This document shows positions 1 to 8,000 of a stretch of 64,000 bases of DNA, in pieces (position 1 is the first letter of the stretch; the number at the start of each line of letters is the position of its first letter). The DNA comes from a virus (Duplodnaviria > Caudoviricetes). A model generated the notes under the pieces. It searched no databases and had not been told where the DNA came from. It saw only the letters and a program-made list of their open reading frames with translations. The DNA is taken from IMG/VR virus record IMGVR_UViG_3300011335_000709, positions 5,506 to 69,505 of that record. The stretch is one strand, 5' to 3'. Position numbers and translations under genes: made by a program.

Positions 1-638
1 TGACTGGGGTACGTGAAGTATTTGAGGGACTGAAGTCCCGAGAGGTCAGCCGTTACGTCAACTACTGGGACAAGATTAAGCCCAAGTCTCGTAGTGACGA
101 ATGGCGATTCTGGATCTTCTCGATTCTCGCGGCCAACTTCGGTTGGAAGCAGAACGTGAAGGCATTCAATGCGATCAAAGATCGCGACTCGTGGAAGTCT
201 GATCTTGGCAAGCTACAGTTCGAGCTGTATCAAACTAAGACTGGACTGTGGCGGACCAAGGCTGTCAGCATCTGGAAGTTTGATCAGATGTTCCAGGCCA
301 AGCCCCACATCTTCGAGCGTTATCCCAACGAGCCGTTGACGCAATACCGTGACAGGATTGCGGACAACGTCCCGGGATTGGCGATTGCAAAGTCTAGCTT
401 CTATGTGGAGATGAAACATCACGAAGAGTCAAACGTTGTTTGCCTCGATCGCAGGGTGTTGAAGTCCATCCACAAGAGGGATAGGAACGTGAACAGATCT
501 GACTACCTCGCGCTTGAGAACGAGTGGCAGGACTGTTCAAAGGAATATGGTATCCCAGCGGCTACTGCCAGATTCATCTGGTGGGACAAGTTGCAGGGGT
601 ATAAAAATAGTCGGTACTGGAGTGAGGTATTAGAATGA
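1..638 (+). CDS. HhH-GPD superfamily DNA glycosylase-like protein (Ogg/N-glycosylase-like); 5' end at window edge
   Basis: Frame is open from position 3 (TGVREVFEGL...), upstream of the track start at 156. Motifs FSILAAN, RDRIADNVPGLAIAKSSF (HhH) and VVCLDRRVL resemble archaeal/bacterial Ogg (FCILTAN, GIGYKEASHF, AILDRHIL). Confidence 0.65.
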   Translation, partial: TGVREVFEGLKSREVSRYVNYWDKIKPKSRSDEWRFWIFSILAANFGWKQNVKAFNAIKDRDSWKSDLGKLQFELYQTKTGLWRTKAVSIWKFDQMFQAKPHIFERYPNEPLTQYRDRIADNVPGLAIAKSSFYVEMKHHEESNVVCLDRRVLKSIHKRDRNVNRSDYLALENEWQDCSKEYGIPAATARFIWWDKLQGYKNSRYWSEVLE

Positions 639-832
639 CAAAGAAAGTAAATGGCGAACTATTATGGGGAGCGGGAGACTCGATTCACAAACTCGAGTTC
701 AACGCCCTTGTAAACACAGAAACAAAAGCGGTTGAATCGTTGAAGTTTGAAATGGAGAACAACTTCCTTGACGACATCCTGCAAGATGTATTTCAAGCAG
801 GGAGTCGGGAGGCTCTCCGTTTAGCCCAGTGA
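635..832 (+). CDS. hypothetical protein (65 aa)
   Basis: ATGA overlap with the upstream gene; on the ORF track. Confidence 0.65.
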   Translation: MTKKVNGELLWGAGDSIHKLEFNALVNTETKAVESLKFEMENNFLDDILQDVFQAGSREALRLAQ

Positions 833-987
833 TTGAACCACTTAAATTGCCTAAGAAGAAAGTAGAGGCGTTGTTTGGTCTATTCTATTATACTGGAATG
901 TTGGTATGGTTCTTTATCGGATACCTAACTTGCGTCCAGATAGCGTGTAGATGTTGCTACGCTCTCGAACATATCATACGAAAGTAA
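829..987 (+). CDS. small membrane protein (52 aa, VIEPLKLP...EHIIRK)
   Basis: Read manually; GTGA overlap with the upstream stop, one hydrophobic segment, followed by a terminator. Confidence 0.5.
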   Translation: MIEPLKLPKKKVEALFGLFYYTGMLVWFFIGYLTCVQIACRCCYALEHIIRK

Positions 988-1020
988 CCACAGTCTGAAT
1001 CAATAGATTCAGAAAGACTA

Positions 1021-1065
1021 ACCCCGGGTCCCTTCAGAAATGGAGGGCCCGGGGTTTTTCTTTTT
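1021..1065 (+). terminator. intrinsic terminator
   Basis: GC-rich stem accccgggtccct...agggcccggggt followed by a T tract. Confidence 0.8.
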
Positions 1066-1195
1066 CCGCCACAATTTTTCCACACGTCGCCAGCAAAGTT
1101 TCACTATCATCAAAAAGATTGAGCTGATCACAAGCCACGTCAGCCAAATTAAATCGCGTTTTGTGTTTCTCATTCCCCATTTTGTCCTAGCTATA

Positions 1196-1223
1196 TTGAC
1201 TTGGCAACCCCGCCGGTCAGCAT
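1196..1223 (+). promoter_or_regulatory. sigma70-like promoter TTGACT-N16-CAGCAT, 6 nt upstream of GTG at 1230
   Basis: Read from the sequence; same architecture as other promoters in the window. Confidence 0.45.
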
Positions 1224-1229
1224 TGAATT

Positions 1230-1490
1230 GTGCCCAAGAAGCTTGCAGAAGCAAAGTTCGGTGAACTATCCGAACAGTTCCTCCGTGTATTACTCGCCGC
1301 GGCTGCGGTCGATGGTAAATCGGAAGAGCTGGTTATTACTCGCAAGGCTTTCCATGATCTCCACCAGAAATTAAAGGATGGCTACAATCCAGAGATAGAT
1401 GTTTGGTTTGAAGACAATGAGCTCCACATTGCTTTAGCCTGGAGCGAAGTTCCGATTATCGGTTTTAGAAAAATCCGTGGCCAAAAATAA
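1230..1490 (+). CDS. hypothetical protein (86 aa)
   Basis: On the ORF track; preceded by a promoter-like element. Confidence 0.6.
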   Translation: MPKKLAEAKFGELSEQFLRVLLAAAAVDGKSEELVITRKAFHDLHQKLKDGYNPEIDVWFEDNELHIALAWSEVPIIGFRKIRGQK

Positions 1491-1583
1491 AAAGAAAAAA
1501 GTTAAGAGCTTGATCGATCACTCGCATCGACCACGACAGGGCTTGCTCGATAAGGTCGCCAAGCTGGCGTTATACCACAAGAA

Positions 1584-2936
1584 CTAGCGGCTTATCTCTT
1601 CCCAGTCTAACGACCCCAATACCTTTGCGTTATCCGCACTTGCTGAAACTTCCAATACAAGTTCATAAGTAGCACCCGTAAGTCCATCGCGCTCAAGCTG
1701 AGATCTAAATAAGGCTTCTTTTAGAATATTGACCGACGATATAGATTGATTCGCCGTAGCAACATATCCGCTAGCCAATACTCTTCCAGCTGAAGCCGAA
1801 GTAGCTGTCAGATTGGATTCTACGGCGGAATCAGTTCCAGCACTTACCCAGGTTCCGCCTGTTGTTATCGCGCTTTGAACTAATCTCCAATTAAGATTTG
1901 GATTTCCAGGCGAAGTAGCTGGCATAATACAAGCAGCAGTTAAAATAACAATAGCGTCGAGTCGATCAACGGATGAAGCTGGAGTATTTTGCAAAGACTT
2001 AAGTCTTAGTGATACGATCGGGTAATACGTTCCAGCTGTCGCCAAAGTTCTTGGGGTTTGGATTGGAGTTCCAACAGCTTGTTGCGCCCCGCTTAATTGA
2101 TATCCACCCTCCGATATAACAGTCGAACAAATTTGCTTCAACATGCTAGAAGTAGCTGGATTTGGAGTTCCATCATTTTTAATTTCGTATCTCAATGGTA
2201 AACTTGCAGTAGTGATATACGTCGAAGTAATCAAATTAGCATGATGAAACGAGTGGCAAAGAATAAGCTGACCATCGATCACGAAGCCCATGCGCACGGT
2301 ACCAAGACCCAACCACTCAATGTCCATCCAGAGAATCTGAGCTTTAGTTATGTCAAGAGTAATTCCAGACGGACCGGTTCCATCAAGTTTATCCCCGTTC
2401 CAATTGGCTTGAGCAACCTGACTTTCGGTAGGGGAACCAGTTACAAGGGACCGTTCAACAAATTTTAGTGTACTCCCGGATAGCTCCAGGTACATCCCAT
2501 TATCTTCTCCATAGTATCCAACTTTTTGAACAAGATGCTCTTTAGCCGGATTCATTACAAACGTACTCATAACCAGCAATGATTTTCCTGGCTGATAAGC
2601 AAATACTTTTGTTGTCTCCCGAATTACTTCAGAGCCATCCACGGCATTAATGGTGAGATCCATGAGCCCCTGGCTTGCGTTAAAAGTGGCGGAAGCTCCA
2701 GTTGCTGAAAGATGTGTCGACCATAGCCCATTGTCCCGATATCGATGGCTGGAATCAAATAAGGTAAAAGGCTCAGAAATCTTCAAGCGACCGAATGCAT
2801 CCGTCGGGAAAGATCCAATAATCCCACTGGATCCACCACTTGTCAGGCCCTCAATAGCACTGACAATTTTCTGAAGACTACGGACTTCCGTGTCTGACCA
2901 GAGAGGAGTATTATTTTCTGGAAAATATTCAGGCAT
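1584..2936 (-). CDS. putative virion structural protein (450 aa, beta-rich)
   Basis: TDAFGRLKISEPFTLFDS motif recalled from aquatic phage structural proteins; last gene of the late region. Confidence 0.55.
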   Translation of the reverse strand: MPEYFPENNTPLWSDTEVRSLQKIVSAIEGLTSGGSSGIIGSFPTDAFGRLKISEPFTLFDSSHRYRDNGLWSTHLSATGASATFNASQGLMDLTINAVDGSEVIRETTKVFAYQPGKSLLVMSTFVMNPAKEHLVQKVGYYGEDNGMYLELSGSTLKFVERSLVTGSPTESQVAQANWNGDKLDGTGPSGITLDITKAQILWMDIEWLGLGTVRMGFVIDGQLILCHSFHHANLITSTYITTASLPLRYEIKNDGTPNPATSSMLKQICSTVISEGGYQLSGAQQAVGTPIQTPRTLATAGTYYPIVSLRLKSLQNTPASSVDRLDAIVILTAACIMPATSPGNPNLNWRLVQSAITTGGTWVSAGTDSAVESNLTATSASAGRVLASGYVATANQSISSVNILKEALFRSQLERDGLTGATYELVLEVSASADNAKVLGSLDWEEISR

Positions 2937-2953
2937 AAACTATGCCTGGGGTA

Positions 2954-3094
2954 TCAATACTTACCCAATCCCCGACCTTTATTGGAAGGCTGGGGCATGA
3001 CGTAAGGCTTTTTCTTGTCAACCTTAAGGGATGGCGACTTGTTAGTCGGCATCTTTGCGTTCTTTTGATTCAAGTTAATTGATAAATTTTTCAT
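2954..3094 (-). CDS. small basic protein (46 aa, MKNLSINL...KGRGLGKY)
   Basis: Read manually; starts immediately after the upstream stop; Lys-rich; C-terminal GLGK. Confidence 0.6.
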   Translation of the reverse strand: MKNLSINLNQKNAKMPTNKSPSLKVDKKKPYVMPQPSNKGRGLGKY

Positions 3095-3325
3095 TTATTT
3101 TCTTCCTCTGTTGATCGATATTGCTTCGATCCTCAGATTTGAGCTCCCGTTATTATGCGGGTTTCCATCTTTGTGGTCAACATCTTTCCCGCGGAGTGCG
3201 GACTTGCCATGCTTGCGGGCCATCATACGGCGGGCGGCATTTCGCTTGGCCCTATTCTTCTTTTGGTCGGGCTTGCTGTGGTACTCGCGGTACTCCGCTG
3301 CGTAATCGCGCTTCCCGAGTGGCAT
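3095..3325 (-). CDS. small HNH-motif protein with N-terminal MPLGK
   Basis: KDVDHKDGNPHNNGSSNL is an HNH-type motif; basic N-terminal helix. Confidence 0.7.
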   Translation of the reverse strand: MPLGKRDYAAEYREYHSKPDQKKNRAKRNAARRMMARKHGKSALRGKDVDHKDGNPHNNGSSNLRIEAISINRGRK

Positions 3326-3329
3326 TGGA

Positions 3330-3713
3330 TTATTTGCCTAAACCAATTTTTTCTAAAGTATCTTTAACCTTTAAGCCTCTCGCTTGGGCTCTTTGGTCAT
3401 ATTCGTCCATTCTACGCTTTCTCTCTAAATCCATACGTTTTTGAATTAAAGCCTGTTTTTCAGATTCCAGTTCTTCTACAACTTCTGGAGCCACACTTAA
3501 GCCTGACTCTTTTTTCATGGAAGGATTCTCGCTGTATTTAGCATTTTGATAATCCCGCCGTGCGCCACTTACGAGCTGACTATCTTTTGAGGAAGGGGGC
3601 ACGTTTTCTTTTGTGTAAACGTTCTTTAATTCCTCTTTTAATTGTTCCCCGAGAACGGCGGGAGGTGTTGCGCCTATGTATCTCAAAGTCGCCAGCAAAT
3701 CTTTGTAGTCCAT
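3330..3713 (-). CDS. hypothetical charged protein (127 aa) ending in GLGK
   Basis: On the ORF track; tightly packed in the operon. Confidence 0.7.
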   Translation of the reverse strand: MDYKDLLATLRYIGATPPAVLGEQLKEELKNVYTKENVPPSSKDSQLVSGARRDYQNAKYSENPSMKKESGLSVAPEVVEELESEKQALIQKRMDLERKRRMDEYDQRAQARGLKVKDTLEKIGLGK

Positions 3714-3714
3714 A

Positions 3715-3870
3715 TTATTTACCTTTTGATTTACCGGCTGCGCTTAACGAAATGGCAATAATTTGAGCCTTAGAACGGGGCTTTCCACCGGCTCCACGCT
3801 CTTTTCCTTTTTTCTTATTATCAGCGTAAAGTTCGCTGATATTGGCAGATACATTTTTTCCTAGAGGCAT
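3715..3870 (-). CDS. small basic protein (51 aa, MPLGKNVSANISELY...GKSKGK)
   Basis: Read manually; own promoter upstream; stop 1 nt before the next ATG. Confidence 0.7.
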   Translation of the reverse strand: MPLGKNVSANISELYADNKKKGKERGAGGKPRSKAQIIAISLSAAGKSKGK

Positions 3871-3878
3871 GGGACTAT

Positions 3879-3905
3879 ATTATAGGGTGTAGGGTTGGGG
3901 GTCAA
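3879..3905 (-). promoter_or_regulatory. promoter TTGACC-N15-TATAAT, 8 nt upstream of ATG at 3870
   Basis: Perfect -10 and near-perfect -35; short spacer. Confidence 0.55.
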
Positions 3906-4102
3906 GAGCCCTTTTCAAGTTCATCCTCAACTCCATCTGAATCCTTATCCTTGAAGCTCGACGGGTCGCGGGAGAATATCTTATTGGCTAATAAGTACTT
4001 CTCTTCGGCAGACATCTCTGTCCAGGATTCAGTCCTACCCCTTGGTCTCCAAAGAATTAGGGCCACCACAATCCCGACAAAAAATATGATGGGCCAAAAC
4101 AT
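3902..4102 (-). CDS. small membrane protein (66 aa, MFWPIIFF...)
   Basis: Start reassigned to the ATG at 4102 (TAATG overlap); N-terminal hydrophobic helix. Confidence 0.55.
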   Translation of the reverse strand: MFWPIIFFVGIVVALILWRPRGRTESWTEMSAEEKYLLANKIFSRDPSSFKDKDSDGVEDELEKGS

Positions 4103-4335
4103 TAGGATTTCCCAAGTCCCGTTTTCTTTTTCCAGCTTATTGGCTTTGAGCTTGTCTTTTTCTTGGCCGACGAGTTGCACATTGACTTGGTGGGCCTACA
4201 GGCCGGATAGCTACCGCCTTCAGATGCACTCTTTCTCCCACACGGACCCCCAGTCTTGCAGTTAATCCACCCCTTGCCTTTATTGCGAGAGAACCAACCG
4301 TGCAAGCCCTTTTTCTTTTCGAGCTCAAAGCCCAT
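4102..4335 (-). CDS. small basic Cys-containing protein (77 aa) ending in GLGKS
   Basis: GLHGWF...GGPCGRK...YPACRP resembles small basic modules recalled from aquatic phages. Confidence 0.7.
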   Translation of the reverse strand: MGFELEKKKGLHGWFSRNKGKGWINCKTGGPCGRKSASEGGSYPACRPTKSMCNSSAKKKTSSKPISWKKKTGLGKS

Positions 4336-4487
4336 TATTTTTTCCCCTTGTTACCCCAGTTAGCTGCTCCTACCTTTCGACATTTGACGAGCGCACCGCT
4401 GGCATAAGCCGAAGGCCAGACGGCGTAGCGAGATTTCACCTTACGTGTGCAGGCGTCTCCCGCTTTCTTTTTACCTATTCCGCCCAT
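4335..4487 (-). CDS. small basic protein (50 aa, MGGIGKKKAGDACTRKVKSRYAVWPSAYASGALVKCRKVGAANWGNK)
   Basis: Read manually; WPSAYASGALVKCRK module recalled from cyanophage/pelagiphage proteins; TAATG overlap. Confidence 0.75.
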   Translation of the reverse strand: MGGIGKKKAGDACTRKVKSRYAVWPSAYASGALVKCRKVGAANWGNKGKK

Positions 4488-4771
4488 ACAGACTTTCCAG
4501 CGGCCATCCGTTGTTTCGCAAAGTCGGCCGCTTTCTTTATCATTTCTGGGGTAGCTTGTTCATTACGTTTTAATTTTTCAATTTCTAAAAGATTAAGAGT
4601 CGGGACGATCAACGGGATTAAAGTTTCTTTTCCGTCAAAATTAACTCCTATGGACTTTTCTGTCATAACACTACCATCTGTTGTTTTGATTGGACCCATC
4701 CATCCGCGACCTTTTGCTGTGCCATCTTCTCGCAATCCATAGTTATTGGTGGGTTGTTTACCGAGAGGCAT
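4475..4771 (-). CDS. small protein (98 aa, MPLGKQPTNNYGLREDGTAKGRGWMG...)
   Basis: Start reassigned to the ATG at 4771, directly after the upstream stop; YGxRxDGTxKG motif seen in podovirus late proteins. Confidence 0.7.
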   Translation of the reverse strand: MPLGKQPTNNYGLREDGTAKGRGWMGPIKTTDGSVMTEKSIGVNFDGKETLIPLIVPTLNLLEIEKLKRNEQATPEMIKKAADFAKQRMAAGKSVWAE

Positions 4772-4772
4772 C

Positions 4773-5066
4773 TTAGTATTTTCCCTTCCGATTAGATGGA
4801 CTAGACTGAGTAGATCCTCCTGGGCCAGCCCATAAATTTTTACAAGCCCAGTACTTGGCACTTAATTTAGTTCCAGGGTTATCGCAGTTATGGCGGGCCC
4901 GGAAGGATTTGCGTGCGGCGGCCGAGTAGTTATGGCCGTATCCTTTGGCCCCAAAATGTACAAGCCTTTCTTTCCCGCCCTCACAAGCTTTAACCATCCG
5001 TTTCTTCCCCGGACGTGTGCTTGGCCGAGGCTTGTTGCAAGGCATGCTAGATTTTCCGAGTGGCAT
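4773..5066 (-). CDS. small basic protein (97 aa, MPLGK...RKSFRARHNCD...YWACK)
   Basis: RKSFRARHxCD/YWxC module common in aquatic phages. Confidence 0.75.
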   Translation of the reverse strand: MPLGKSSMPCNKPRPSTRPGKKRMVKACEGGKERLVHFGAKGYGHNYSAAARKSFRARHNCDNPGTKLSAKYWACKNLWAGPGGSTQSSPSNRKGKY

Positions 5067-5078
5067 TTCTTTAATCTA

Positions 5079-8000
5079 TCAGGGGATCATTACCTTCTCA
5101 AGCCCCTCCTTGCGAAGGACGTATTGAAGAGCTGCCCGCTTGATAGCGTTGACTTTTGTCTTGGAAAGAATGTAGTCAAATTCCGCATTATCTTGGGCCT
5201 GCTCGAAGGCTGGGATGAATTTCTCAAGCTCTGCCTGGATTGCGGGGCCGGCGGTCTTGACCCAATCATACTTTTCGTCAAAGGTCAGGTCACGGCTAAG
5301 AGCAAGAATCTCATAAGGAGACTTGTCGATCGGCATACCGCGAGCGGCTTGAATCAGCAGTTCTTGTTGGGCAATTGCTTTCAGGTCTCCAGCGTTCCAA
5401 GTGATCACCCTTCCGTGCTTGGCGAAGATTGTGATGAGCTTATCGTGGACAGCCTGGCTGGTCGGATCATCCGATGTGTCGTAAGCATCCGTGCTTACCC
5501 CGGTGGATACGAAACGTCGAACGATAGGCATGTTGTTGACGATCTGGCTGGATACTTGTCCGCCGAGATGGTCGAGATCCGGTTCGCCAAACTTGGCCAC
5601 AATAGGGAAGGACGAGGCAAGGCTTGAGAGAAAGCCGTCTTTTCGCATACGACTTCTCGGCGTTCCAGTAAGACCATCGAACAATGATTCTACGTCTCTA
5701 AAAGTGGGGTAGTATGGGATGACAAATCCGGCCGCGATACCACTGAGAGTCGATCCAAATTCTTTAAGGAGACTATCTGCGCCAGCTCCGGGGGCCGGCG
5801 AGATCAGGCGCATAATCCCTCGCATACCCTGCAAGGCGGTTAGGTCTACAAACCCGATGGTCGTAGCTAGACTCGCCGTTGCCAGCGAGAGACCGATGGC
5901 ATCCACCGACGATTTGTCACCATAACGAACGGCTTCTGAAAAAGTAGCCGTCGGCAACAAGACTCCGGTGAGTCCCGGAGGAAGAGCTTCCCATCCGATA
6001 TAGATTGGGCCGTCCCAAAGCTTGACTCCGAACGGGGCGAAAGGCTCACCGATCTTACCAATCTGGATAGAGCGTGTCTTGCCCCCGGCCTGGAACCAAG
6101 CCTTACGAGCTTGAGGGTCTTTCGGACCTTTGTAATGTACAAAGAACCAAGGATTCTCTTCATCATCATGGAGTGCTTGAGCAACCAAAGAACCAAGGAT
6201 TCCGGTCAAATACCACCCAGTAAGCATCTTACCTTTTAGGAGATCGTATTCGTAAGTATTCGGCAAAGGTGGTGGGCGGTAGTAACGTGGGGCGGATTGT
6301 GCTAACAGACGACCAACTCCGTAATGCATCCGCAGATTCGAGGTGATCGGAATATAATTCAGGGCTTCATTTACGAGATTTGAGGATGTACGAAGGAACT
6401 TGAACACTGCCTTTGGCGCCCAGTTTGTATTTGCAAAAGCATCAATTGATCCCGCAACAAGTCCAATCACGCCGTAAAAGTCATCTTGATAGGTTGCACG
6501 TAAAGACCTTGTCTTAGCGGCTTGTTCAATCTGTTTAGTAATCTCATTAACTGGCCTATTCTGGTCGAGGATTTCATCGATTCTTAGAAGCCTCTGTTCT
6601 GGGGTCAATCCAAAAGTGGCCGTATCAATATCGGCCAAGCGAGTCGCACGTTCGATGGAGTCCTTGGTACGGTTGAGGATATTATTGATCTCTGCGTCAA
6701 ACTCTGCCTCGGGCATCAAGGGATTACGTTTCGCCAGGATGTAGCCAGCCTCGATAACTTCGGCCATTTTCTTAACGCCGAACTTATTGAACGCGTCACC
6801 CGTTGCCATCAAGCGGGAAGAAAGAATGTACGGTCCAAGGAAGGAGTTGTAAGGCCAGGCGGGGATATCGCCGATTTTACCAAGTTTTCCGAAATACTTT
6901 CCAATGAAAGGAATTTCTTTCAGGAGAAGTGGCTGGGCGATATACTGAGTCGGGACAATCTTAGCCAAGGCTTTTCCAGTTGCAGTCGTCGGTTCCCATC
7001 CAGCCTGAAGGTTGATTTTAATCTCATTCTCGTTTGTGGTGACGAACTCTCCGACTGGTTTAGCAATGAAGCTGGGGATAAGGCCGGAGAGGAAGTCTGT
7101 AATGGGTTGGGCGAAAGCTGGAACTTTTGGCTTGGTGACAATTAGGGTTGCGGGATTGACGCCACGTTTGCCAGCCCGTCCAGCCTCGGCTTCACGGAGC
7201 ATAGCTTCGAACACATTGACTCCACCCATTTCTTTGAGAACAACGGAGTCAGTTGGGAACTTTCCGTACTTCCAAATTTCCATTGCGTACTTTCTGGCCA
7301 TGCCCTTGTTTTCGATATCCTTGCCCCACCAAGAATCCCTCAAAGCTTGACGCCCCAGCTTAATGGCGCGAGCTTGAAGTTTCTGTTCCGGCCCCCCAAA
7401 TCTCGACTTCAAGCTGGCATTGATACCGGAGATCCATCCGTCAAGTAGAACTCCTTCAGTAGATGAAATTGCATTTACGGCCAACGTGCCAAGACCTTGT
7501 AGATAATTTGCGGTCTGGTAGGAAACGGCTAGTTCACCAAAAGAGATCGGGGCAATGAGCTTGATGTACTCGTAGATTTCCTCGACCTTCTCGTTGAGCA
7601 AGTGACCCTTGGGATACTTGGATAGATCATTGACCATCTGTTCGATCTTGGCTCGCTCTTCCGGTCCGATTTCAGGAAGCCCAAGCTTTTCGTGAATCTG
7701 CGAATAGATTTCCTGGTCGCGGAGGATTCCAAGGTTTACGGCTTCGACAAGCTTGTCGATAGCCGAGCGGATCTTCTTGGTCTTCTTCTCTCCCTTTTGG
7801 GCTAGACGAACTCTGAGTTTCTCCAAAGCATCCCGGCGCTTTTCGGCGATCATATCCGCCAATCCTTCGCTTAAGTACTTGCTGACTTCCGCTTGATTTG
7901 CTGGAGAAAGATCGGTGCCTTCGAGTAAGGAAGTTTTCAGGGATTGTTCGAAAGCTGCAACGTCACCTTTGCTTTCGCGGATAAGCCGATGAATGCTCTT

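Noticed and set aside
4890-5627. 245-aa + strand ORF
   Set aside because: Antisense shadow of real - strand genes (giant protein and 97-aa gene); no RBS or motifs.
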